This document shows, piece after piece, positions 1 through 11,400 of a stretch of 38,887 nt of DNA (position 1 is the stretch's first letter; each line of letters opens with the position of its first letter). Under the pieces are notes generated by a model. The model was given only the letters and a program-made list of their open reading frames with translations. It ran no database searches and was not told the DNA's origin. The stretch is from Gonapodya sp. JEL0774 (taxonomy: Eukaryota). The stretch lies in assembly GCA_027604505.1 (NCBI GenBank), contig JADIIX010000174.1:1-38887 (forward strand), given 5' to 3'. A program made the position numbers and the translations under genes.

Positions 1-1489
1 GCCCACCACACAAAAAACCTCAACGGTGTTTTTCGCATAGAAACACGCCCACCCCCCGGCCAAACGTCGCCCCCCCACTCCCCCCCCACCCCCTTTTCAT
101 CCCCCCCCCCCCCCCCCCCCCTCCCCACATCGACCGAAATCACTTACCCTGATCGCCCCCTCTCCTACCAACTCCAACTCCGCGTCCATTCCCGTCTTCT
201 TGACCGTCTCCGCGATCTCCTTCTTGAGTTTCTCGAGCTGGGCCTGCGCGCGCATCTTGTTGGCCTGGTGGATAAACGTTCCGGGTTCCACGAAGCTGAG
301 GGGTCGGGATTTGCGGGCAGAGGTGTTGGAGGAGGGGAGTAGGTAGGGGTTCTTGGGGGCGGCGGGGGCAGCGGGTTTGGAGGCGGTAGTGGCGAGGTGG
401 TGGGTTTTTTCGGCGAGGCGGAGGTTGGCCTGGTGGGGAAAGGAGGGGGATGAGGACGGGGATGCGAATGGGGATAGGATGGGATGGGAGCAGGGGGACA
501 TCGAAGATGGACAGGCTGAGAGATTGACAGAAACACAACGTGTTCTAACAGAAGACTCCTCCGTGACTCTTTATTGACTTGCGGATATTAAAATCACCGA
601 CCGTGCTCAAATGCCAATGTCGCCATTGCCCAAACGTCCCACAATCAACCCATCCACCGTGTTCCTTCCTGCTGGTGGCTCTCAATCCTCCTTGGTGAGT
701 CTATAACACCAAAGTTACTCACGGCGGTGGTCGCAAACGGCGCGGCTGGGACATTGAGTCTTGACGGGGGTCCTCTGGAGGAGGACTTGCCCGACTTTGC
801 AGCTGCAGAGGGCTCTTTACCCTCCAAGGCCGCCCTGAGAGAGGGATGAATGTCCATACCCAAGCCCCGTCCCTTGGCCGCGTTTTCGTCGGGCAGAGAC
901 AGGGAAGCAGGAACGGGGGTGGGTATGGAGGCCGTAGCCGAGGCGGCAGCTTTGGCCTGCTGCATTTTGAGAATCTTTTCTTTTGCTTCCTGGACTCTAC
1001 GGGCGATGTCCGCGGTGTTGACAGGTATGCCAGCTGCGGTGAGTGTGGGTACGGGAGTAGGCAAGGGGGGTGGAGTGGGGGTGCTAGGGGGAGCGGGCGG
1101 GGCTGCCGGGGGAGCAGCAGCCGAAGAAGACGAGGACAAGGCAGCGGGTTTGAGAGCGTTTGCATTTGCGGCCTTGATTGCAGCGAATCTGGCAGCGATT
1201 TCAGCGCGTTTCTGAGCGACAAGGGCGTCTGTCTGTGTGGTGTGTGTGGTGTATGTAGGGGATGGCATGTTTGTATGGGAGGGGTGTATGGGGTGTATGG
1301 GGGAGGGGGGGTGTATACGAAGGGGCAGAGGGATGAGTCAGCGGGAGTTGGAGTGTAGACTGCGGCAGAGACACTGACTGCGGACTGAGTCGCTGATGCT
1401 GCGGATGTCGGTGGTTGTGGCGCAGTAACTGCTTTCTGCTTCTTTGCATTTCTTTCGTCATCGCCTGCGTCCGGTGTCGATCGCTTCAT
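1..1489 (-). CDS. PRP3: U4/U6 snRNP protein Prp3, 5' part; spliced, continues past the left edge
   Basis: ATG at 1489 (MKRSTPDAGDD). Exons include DALVAQKRAEIAARF...GLGMDIHPSL and KNPYL...LSFVEPGTFIHQANKMRAQAQLEKLKKEIAE, the conserved Prp3 domain. GTGAGT/GTAAGT donors at about 722 and 147. Confidence 0.85.
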
Positions 1490-1842
1490 CCTTGGTTTTG
1501 TTCTCCCCTTGGAATGAACCACTGCCCTACCAAATATTGGATGGTGTTCGGTTGACCACAGCACAACCAGCACGAAAATGCTTCATCCCACATTCACTCC
1601 ATGCAATTATACCAATGTTTATGACTTGTACATTCCAGAATCGCGATCAAGTAACTCTAGAGCCACGAAAGAGCACCAGGCACTCGGGTGCTACACTACA
1701 CTAATCTCTTTTCTCGACCTGTTTTTTGCATTACCGCAAAAGAAAATGGTACGACTCATGGCCCCCATGACCGTCTGGTTGGCGTGAAGCGCTGGAGCAC
1801 GGGGAGCCCAGGGAATCTCAACAGACCTTCACACCCTGATCA

Positions 1843-3778
1843 ATGACCACCGCACTACAACAACGGTACGCCGGAAACGACCCAGTTCAATGATGTCATC
1901 CGTGCCTCATCGTTCCTGCTGACATATTTTCACTCGACTGCCACTCCAACCGTTCCCTCAACATCGTCCTGCAATATCTCCACAGCCGACAAGACCAAAT
2001 CCAGACCGTGCTCAAAGAGATTAAGAACGTCAGAATTCTCATCCCAAATGAACGTTTCGAAATCAAATTCGCACTCCCGGCGCCGCTTGGAACCATTTTT
2101 GTCCTGTTTCTCAACTTGCCCCCAGACTTTCCAAACGTGAAACCCGTCCTCACTTTTCAAACACCCGTGAGCCACCCCCTTGTCAACTCTGATACCCGAC
2201 AAGTCACCGGAAAGCCCCAACTCTCGCAAGCATGGAATATCAACCAGAACTTGGGCAAGATCATTCGCGACTTGATCGAAGAGTTCCAAAGAAACCCTCC
2301 ATACGTCCTCGATGTCGGCCCTGTGGGTCCCTTGGATATGGTTTCTTCTGTGCCTGCTGGTCGCAACGGGCCATACCCTCCTGTACCCGACCGAATGTCT
2401 GCACCCAATGGTTACTCTGCCACACCTGCACCATACCTACAGCACCCGTTGCCCACCATGCCCCCATCGGATTTGGAAGACGATTTGCTCGTTCTCAACC
2501 AGATGAGGTGCGTGGGTTGGACAGACTGCCCAGTTTTGTGTGACCTTGACCTGGAGGAGAATACGGTTGTGTGATTGTTTGGATGTTGACTGGGCCAACC
2601 GATGGCCTGAAGAGGAATGGAATGATTGGTCATTCCAACTAGATATCGATGATTGGGATTGTTGACAGGTTCCTGGCTTGATAACTTCTTTTATTCTGAA
2701 TGGGTTGCCTTCTGAGCACCAGCAGTTGTTGGGACATCTCTTTCCGTATTGAGGGGGATTTGCACTTTGCCACGTGCAATAGGGATGTGAACGTTGCCTT
2801 TCCGCTCTTGCTTTTGTTGCGGGTCCAACTCTCACTATCTCGTCCCACCTGACCCTCCGGCCCCGACGACCACGCCATGCCCCCATTCTCGATTGTGCAG
2901 CGATTCCGACCTGCAAGAGCTGGTGGAAAGCGAAGACGCATTCACGGCATTGTTTGAGTCTTTGCCGAGGATTGAATCGATGAGAAGAACTCAGGAGAGG
3001 ATCACACAGCAGACTGAGAAGGTTGCCGGTGGGTACAGCTGAACGTCTTGAGGTAGTGCAAGACCGTGGAGCGGCGGTACGGACTTGAGAGTGCTTTGTG
3101 CAATGCAACCCACCGTGGTTGGACCAGGCTCATGTTGACAGCGGAGTGCGACTGCAACGCTCTCGCTCTTATCCCTCCCGTCTTTCTGATTCCCGCCCTA
3201 CGGCCTATTCTTACTGCCTCTCCTCCCTGTCGCACCTCAATGAAGCCGCCGCACTCGCCCTTGAACCCACCTACCGCACAACATACTCCTCGTTACGCAA
3301 CCAGTTGGAGCAGATCGAAGGGGGGAAGCGAGAGATGGGAGAAATGCTTGGGAAGCAGAGAGTGGAGATGGGGGTGAGTTGAGTCAGAATGAGAAGTGAA
3401 GGGCAGTTTGGATCAGGCTGTGGGGAGTGGGCCGTGAAGTTTGGGTTTGATGGCCAGTCCACGACGTTTTGTGGCTTGCAGAACAATGCAATGAGTTGCT
3501 TGGATATTGGAGTGCCCGTTCCTCATTCTCCTTCTACAACTCAGAAATTCTCCGTCCCCAACCTCCTCACGGCCCTCTCTCGCGAAGTTGAGGATGCCGA
3601 CAAACAATCTCGGGACATTATCCAGTCCTTCCTCCAACCGGGTCACGGGGACGAGAGAATCACGTTTGACGAATTTTTGAGGCAGTACAGGGAAGCCAGA
3701 AAGCTGTATCACCTGAGAAGAGCGAAGATGGAGATGTTGCAGAGGGGGACAGGAGGAGTCGGTGGGAGAGGCAGGTAG
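1843..3778 (+). CDS. VPS37: ESCRT-I subunit VPS37 (N-terminal UEV-like domain, C-terminal Mod(r) domain); spliced
   Basis: ATG 1843 spliced to RQDQIQTV...LNLPPDFPNVKPVL...VSHPLV (UEV-like). C-terminus FSVPNLLTAL...SRDIIQSFL...FDEFLRQYREARKLYHLRRAKME fits Mod(r). Stop at 3778. Confidence 0.8.
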
Positions 3779-3864
3779 AATGGAGGGGGGTGACAGCCAT
3801 GCCGAGGGTGCCAGGAGAGACAGTACAGTCCTCTAATATTCTGAGTTTATATCCTACATATACC

Positions 3865-6800
3865 CTAGAATTTTGCCAATAATCGATCTAGTTCGGTATA
3901 TACTATATGAGTATTGATTTCCCGGTTCTGAAACGAGGAGAACAGGCTTTCGGCACCACCAATGACGTTGCTTTCGCCAAGGAGCGTTGAGAGGAGCGCT
4001 GTTCAGAGATAGTAGGGAGTCAGTGCGGGAACGAAGGGTGACGAAGGGGACGAAGGGGATTAATACACGGCAAGGGATGAGCGACAACCGAGGTGACGTG
4101 AGTATCACCATCCTACAAGCTGGCGTAGTGCACCAACTCACCGGTCATCTTCGACTTCAATCTCACCCACGCTTCGGATCTTGCAAGTTCCTTTTGCATC
4201 GTGGTGCGTTCAGGTTGGCTGCTGTCACCACTGAGTTTTCGACCTTGCGGCCAGAAGCTCTCCAAAGCGCGATCCAAGACTCCAGAGAGATTTTTCTCGT
4301 TAGTGTGCTCTTTAAGGCGGATGTTGAAATAGCTTGGTGGAAGAATGATGGTTGCGAGTAGTGAATTTTATGTGAACGAGGGTCCTCGGGGGGTGACAGA
4401 ATTTTATCGAACAAACATACCGGTCAATCATCTCCCCAAACACCTGTTGTAGTAAGATTGCAACCGCTTGCTTCCGAAACCAATTGCCCGATCCGTTCAA
4501 ATCGAACACTTCCACAATCAAGCTAAATAACCCGACCGCGGGCCCTCGTGCCATTGGTGTGGTCGAGTGGGGCAAGGGCGATTGTTCCTTTGAAAGACTG
4601 GTGGTGTTTGAAGCAACAGTTTTGCCAAGGCGTTTGGCAGCTTTCCTTTCCCGAAACATTGTGTCGGCAGATTGTTTGCCCAAGAGAAATACGGCGAGAT
4701 CTTCGGAAGTCGTTCTTATAGCGGGTACTAGGAGCAATTCCTTTGGCAATTTCAAGAACAGATGTTTGCGAGACACACTATCAACAGCCCACAACACGAC
4801 AAAAAATATCTCACATCCAAATAATTCTGTAACAACGCCCTCCTCGCCCCAGCAATCTCGTGCTTGGACTTCAGAAGCTCTGAGAACACGGAAATTTCAG
4901 GCACTGTTCGAAACATCATCGTGGAAGGGAATCTCCTCCGGAGTTCTCTGTGCAAAACAAGAAACTCCTTGTACGACCGAGATACCGCACAGGTATCGGA
5001 CAAGCCTTCTACAACGGTTCTTATGAGAAAATTGTTCGGGCCTTTCTGATCGTCGGATTCGACATTGCAGCCACAAATGATGGGGCCGCGGGACTTGGGC
5101 AATGTTCGTTAAAGAATGAGCCTTTCTGTCTTGATTGAACAATTGCTATGAAGATTCAACTTACAGCTGATATGTGGGGCCTAGAAAATGACTTCAAGTG
5201 CCCCTTTTCAAGAACTTGCTGTGACGAACTGGCGGAATGAACTAAAGTATCACCTATTTCTCGATTGGGCTTAGGCAGCGTATCGAGTTCAAACGTCGTG
5301 GTACGTGACTTCTTAGAGATGCGTTTGCTTCGGCCACTGTGCGACAAACTCGAGCTCTTCAATATGACGTGAGGGGATTCATGGTTATCACTTCCATTGG
5401 TACCGATGCTTGTAAAGGAGTTGGAAGACGTGCCCAGAATCTCGGATGATGCTGCACAAATCAGGGAGAGCAAACAGATTCGAAGTGGCATTTGGTTGTT
5501 AACTAGGAACGAGACGACCCACGATGTCCTTCGCCCCGGGGATTCAGACCTTGACCATACTGAAACCACGCAGGACTCCGAAAAAAAGTGGGCATGTCTT
5601 CCTGCTCCAGAATGTAAGTCAGCTCCCTGTTCAAACTGACAAAGAACTCCAAAATATCTCGCCGCCGGTCATCCCATGCGCTCTTTTCAGCGGCCTCTAC
5701 GACGCTTGCAGTGAGTGGATCCAGTTGTCGGAAGACCAGGCCCCTCCGTTGATGCTCACTCCATAACAGCACGATCTCGTTCCACCGAGACGGATCAATG
5801 CCGATTAGGTCCCGTGCACCGTCACTGAGGACTTCCATGACTTGTGCAAACGCAGTCCATTGTACTTCATCCACGTCTTCATTCACATCCAGCGGTAGAT
5901 TGGCCTGAGTGAGAATTTGCCAAACATGAATGAAAACAGTCTTGTTTTCCAGGTCGAGAAATTTCTCAAATAATGCAAACGCCTGCTTGTTACGGTATAA
6001 GTCTACTAGAGAAGCGAAGTTACCATCGTCCCTAAGAACAGTTGCGTCTATTTCGGTCGAACACTGTGCACAACGCTCAGTAAAACGAACCCACGTAATC
6101 CCAACTTTCCAATCTTCCTCAGTTTTTCAATTTTGCGTTCGATTCGCTTCTCTGCGACCTCTAGTCGATTTACGTAAACTCGCACGCCAGCTAAATTATC
6201 CCGAAATGCGTTTTTCGTGTTGGAAGGTTGACCCTCCATTTCAGCTAGCCATGGCGCAATTGCAACAAATTGACTTCTACCGATTTCTAGGTATTGAGAT
6301 CGCGCGGTTTTAGGAACTCACCCACGAGCTTTTTTTGAGCAGCGAGTTCTGTTTCAATGTTGCTTTGGATAAGTTCTGCTTCTATCAGGTCTTCACAGTC
6401 TTTTATGAAGTCGAGGAACTCCTCGAAAGTTTGGAACTTGAGAAGCGATTGGTCGTGGAGTCGGATGTTCAAGTTAATTTTTGAGCGCTCTTCGAACCGC
6501 AACAACGACTCCTGGATGCCAATTATCTCTCCCCTAAAGTGAAGCATGCCCAACGCGAGAGTTGGCTATAGACACCATACTTTCGGGACAACAACAGTCT
6601 CACCGTTGCAGCAGTGGAGACTCAGACTGAACGAGAGCAGGAGAATGCCCCAAGTCTCAATTCACCTGAACAGACGTGTTGCTGAGAAAAACCTACCAGA
6701 GAGATAATGGTTTGATTCCAAAAATCTGGTTCCGTGATCTTTTCGAGCAATGGCTGCAATATCTTGCAGACAATAATCTCTCGAACGAGAGATATCACAA

Positions 6801-7503
6801 GAGCACTCTGTCTTTCAGCTTCGGGCATGACGACGTGAAGAATTTTTGCAAGACTGCCCCTCAGATGAAAGCATTCCGCCTCCGTGCGATTCCCGAACCT
6901 CGTAACAACAGGGTGAAGATTCCCGCCACGATAAAAGCGCTCCAAATTCCTGTTTTCGAGAGTGTGAGCTTCCAACCTTTGTCTGTTAAGAACACTAGAG
7001 CTGAGGAGGCGTCTTTCGGCTCGTTTTGTCTCTGCAACATGTTCAGTAATCGCGGGTAGGAGTTCATCCGATATGTAACGTGCCCAGTCTACAGTTAGTA
7101 TCCGCCGAAGGAGCGCTCCGACTGATATCACAACTTTGTCTTGAACAGACTGAAGAAATTTCTTCTCTTCTGAAAGCTCCCCGTACCATGGGACCAAAAA
7201 CTCGGCAGTTATTTTGCTTGCGAGCTTTCGCAGAGGCTTTTCAAATCCTTCCCCGTTCGGCACGTTCCTATGTCCTGCGGCCCTTTCTGATTGGTTTGCA
7301 GATTGACGTTCCTGTAAAATGTGTCCATACAGCTTTCTTAGTGGTGGGAGCTGCCTCAGTGACTCCCTCTCCGTCGTGCTCAAATCGAATTTGAGCCGAC
7401 TTGGTGGATTCGCAATGAGAAAAGCAAGTAGAGCCGTGACAGAGATGCCAACAACAGTTAAGGCTGCTCCGATCACTCCAGCTGTGAGTTCTGAGAGAAT
7501 CAT
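3865..7503 (-). CDS. Sorting nexin of the SNX13/14/25 / Mdm1 type (TM-PXA-RGS-PX-Nexin_C); spliced
   Basis: Hydrophobic N-terminus; PXA (EFLVPWYGELSEEKKF...REIIVCKILQPLLEKITEPDFWNQ); RGS-like segment (AFALFEKFL...LEQEDMPTFFRS); PX (VSRSYKEFLVLHRELRRRFP...RRALLQNYL); Nexin_C (NWFRKQAVAILLQQVFG, SFWPQG, FQNREINTHIVY). TAG at 3865-3867. Confidence 0.85.
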
Positions 7504-7650
7504 ATGGGTTATGCTGTGCTGCGTCAGTGATAACTAGCAACCACTCCTTCAGGCCTTGTTCAGGATTCACAAAAACCACATGTATTTGTTGGAAGAAGAG
7601 GATAATGTTATACACATGCAACAATCGAAAATACGGAAGATGATGAGAAA

Positions 7651-8218
7651 TCATGGATGATGTGCGCTTTCGTCCAGCAAACTGCGAAGGTACTGGACGC
7701 GCGACTCCAAATCTGCTTTCTGTTGCACAAGATCATCTACGTGCTGAATCGCCATATTCAGCAAGTCACTTTCGGAGCGTCGCGATTCGGCAGCCCCCGG
7801 GATTAGTTCTGAGTGAACAAACGAAAGGACAAATACCCCAGCAAGACGGTCACCCGGATCATCACCAACGAACAGAAGTGAGAGCATTGTAAATATCATG
7901 CATCAGCTGTGCCTGGTGCAAGTAACTGTTCGGAGCCTGCTGGGACTCACGAATGAGCTCTGAGAATCCTTTGCGGATCTGATTCCTCCGCTTCTTCTCA
8001 CTGTTCAGATGATTCCTCTTCTTCTCAATCTCCGTAAGAAATCGTCCGTTTCCATTTTGCCGCTGGCTCCCCTCGTCGTCGTCGATGGAGGTCTCGTCGT
8101 CAGAGCTCCCCTCATGGTCAGATTTTGGCTGCCGTGATAGTGCTGATCGTTTCTTCTTCGAGTCATTTTCGTAGTTAGCATGAGCTTCGCCTTGCTTTGG
8201 TGATTCGTCTGCAGCCAT
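7651..8218 (-). CDS. bHLH transcription factor (Ino4/Mlx-like), two exons
   Basis: LTEIEKKRNHLNSEKKRRNQIRKGFSELI spliced to LIPGAAESRRSESDLLNMAIQHVDDLVQQKADLE: basic region, helix-loop-helix and short zipper. ATG at 8218. Confidence 0.85.
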
Positions 8219-8312
8219 GTGAAACTTTGCCCGTGCCTTGTTTTGGCTTCGCTTTGGTTCCGCCGTGCCCCATGGCCCATCATTACATCTTTTCCACCCT
8301 CTCACACAAACC
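8219..8312. promoter_or_regulatory. Very short divergent (bidirectional) promoter between the bHLH gene and ValRS
   Basis: The bHLH ATG (8218, minus strand) is 94 bp from the candidate ValRS CUG (8313) and 259 bp from its ATG (8478). Confidence 0.5.
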
Positions 8313-8477
8313 CTGGCCTTCCATCAACGCATTATTGCGCGCCAACTGTTCACTGCTGTGTGCATTCCATCGCAGACTCATCTCACTCTCGGTGCAGCCC
8401 AATTTCGCGCGTCATCGATCTCCCGACCAATAGCTTCACCTTCGGCTCCATTCTCAGTTCAACGAAAGTTACTGTCG

Positions 8478-11400
8478 ATGAACGGAGGCACGGTAAACGG
8501 AACTAAGGACTCAGAGAATCCGGATGGGGCAACTAAATCAAAGAATGCATTGAAAAACGAGGAGAAAAAGAAGGCAAAGCAGGAAAAAGCTGCGATGAAA
8601 CAGCAGAAGGGAGAGGAGAAGAAGCAGCAACCGGCGGTAAGGTAGCTCGTCCTATATCGATTCTTTGAAGTGAATTTATTGAGCTCTTTACTGTCACAAA
8701 CCCCAGTCGTCTGCCGAGCCCAAAGCCAAACCGAAGAAAGATGGTGTTTCAGCTGCTGTGGAGGAATTTGTGAATACCACCCCTCGCGGTGCCAAGAAAG
8801 GTATTTTTCACTTTGAGTGATTCCAAGGCGTTTCTGATCCCCATTCTTTGCACATATCGCCTCCGGTACCTTTGGTGCAAAGATCTCTCTGCCCCCATGG
8901 CATCCTCTTACAACCCCAAAGCTGTCGAAGCGGCCTGGTACTCGTGGTGGGAGGAATCTGGGTACTTCAAGCCGCAGCTGACTCCCGAGGGAGACTCTCG
9001 GAATGAGGGCACGTGAGACCCATCCCCTGTTAAAGCGACGAGTGTATTCCGCTGATTGAAATCGCTCTACGGATTCACGCAGTTTCGTCATCGCTATTCC
9101 TCCGCCAAATGTCACGGGCTCCCTTCACTTGGGACACGCTCTCACCAACTCTATTCAGGACACCATGACGCGATGGTTCGTTCCCTTTTTAGGGTTCTTT
9201 CAGTTTGGAGTTCCTTCCAAAGATTTGGAATGTCTTTTAGGAACCGTATGAAGGGGAAAACCGTGCTTTGGAACCCCGGTTGCGACCATGCTGGTATCGC
9301 CACTCAGGTTGTTGTGGAAAAGAAACTATGGAAGGAGCAGAAAAAGACCCGTCACGATTTGGGGAGAGAAGAGTTCTTGAAGGAAGTGTGGAGGTGGAAG
9401 GATGAGTAGGTTTTGAAACGAGCGAGTGGAATGGTTTGGTGGAGTTTCACTTATTTGACATTGGCTCGTGTCTCACAGGTCTGGTGGTCGAATTTACGAG
9501 CAGTTGCGACGTCTTGGTGGATCTTTTGACTGGGATCGTGCTAGATTCACAATGGACCCAGTGAGTAGTTGTTTTCGGCATTCGCCGTTCTGTTTCTGAG
9601 TTTTTTTTTTTTTTTGGCTCCAGATGCTTGTGAAAGCGGTCAATGAAGCATTCATTCGATTACACGAAGAAGGCATTATATACCGTGAGAACAAACTGGT
9701 GAACTGGTGCACGTCACTCAAGACGGCGTTGTCTAACCTGGAGGTGGAGAATGAGGAGATTGACAAAAGAACCATGAAGAGTGTGCCAGACCATGACCCT
9801 AACCGCAAGTACGAGTTTGGCGTGATCGCAAAGTTCGCGTACCCTCTTGAAAGCGGTGATGGGGAGATTGTGGTTGCAACAACCCGTTTGGAGACTATGC
9901 TGGGAGACACAGCAGTAGCTGTTCACCCCACAGATGAACGCTACAAGCATTTGCACGGAAGTTTTGTTGTTCACCCACTCAATGGACGTAAGATACCCAT
10001 AATTGCGGACGAGATGGTCGACCCGGCATTTGGAACTGGGGCGGTGAAGATTACACCTGCACACGACTACGCAGACTACGAAACAGGAAAGCGACACAAC
10101 CTTCCATTTATCAACATTTTGAATGAAGACGGATCTTTGAATGAGAATGGAGCACCTTACACTGTGAGGCGCGTTCCAGTTTCAGTATCTTAACATAAGT
10201 AAACGTTCCTTGTTTGATTCGAACAGGGTCAGAAGCGATTTGACGTGAGAGTAGCAATTGAGAAGGAATTGACCGCGAGGGGCTTGTTCCGTGGAAAAGA
10301 TCCACATAAAATGATGCTCCCGATCTGCGAGTAAGTGGTTGGCACCCCTTTTGAGCCCAACTCGTCATTTGACGCACAGCGTGTAGTCGCTCTAAGAATA
10401 TTGTGGAGCCCTTGATGAAACCACAGTGGTGGGTGAGGAGCCAGCCCCTTGCTGTCCCAGCGATGGAAGTGAGTGGTCTTGAAACTGATATTTCTGGTGC
10501 ACATAAACGTGAACATGGTGTTGTCAGGCCGTACGAGATGGTTCGTTGAAGATTCAACCTATTTCTTCAGAGAAAGAATGGTTCGCCTGGCTGCAGAACA
10601 TTCAGGACTGGTGGGTGAATCAATTGCCAAACACATGACAGTCCCACACTTCACCATTGTGTCGTGAAAGGTGTATTTCCCGGCAATTATGGTGGGGCCA
10701 CCGTGTACCTGCCTACCTGGTAAAAGTCGACGGTCAAAGTGTGAGTACCATTTGGACGGACCCATGCTGCGCACCAACACCATACTCACTTTATCCTACA
10801 ATCAATCCAGACTGCGGGAGAAACTTGGGTTTCTGCACACTCAAAGGAAGAGGCACTGAAGAAGGCGATGGCGAAGTTTCCCGACATCCTGCCATCCAGA
10901 CTAACACTCGAACAAGATCCGGACGTCCTTGACACTTGGTTCAGCTCTGGCCTGTGGCCATTCTCTATCTTTGGTTGGCCGGACAAGACAGAGGACATGC
11001 GTTTGTTCTACCCGACCAGTCTCTTGGAGACTGGTTGGGACATTCTATTCTTTTGGGTGGCTCGTATGGTTATGATGGGAATTAAACTCACTGGTCAGCT
11101 ACCATTTAACAACGTGTTCTGTCACGCCATGGTGCGGGATCGTGATGGACGCAAAATGAGTAAAAGCTTGGGAAATGTGGTGGATCCGATCTCCGTGATT
11201 GAGGGAATCTCACTCGAAGAACTTCATAGAACCCTTCTGACTGGAAATTTGGACCCAAGGGAAGTTGAAAAAGCGAAAGACAACCAAAAAAAGACCTTTC
11301 CAAAGGGCATTCCGGAGTGTGGAACGGACGCCCTGCGCTTCACCCTATGTGCTTACACTTCGACCGGTGAGCTGACGTCCTAATTCTGTCATTTCATGTA

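Noticed and set aside
9600..9615. Long T homopolymer (also C-runs near 101-121)
   Set aside because: Intronic pyrimidine tracts; ordinary.
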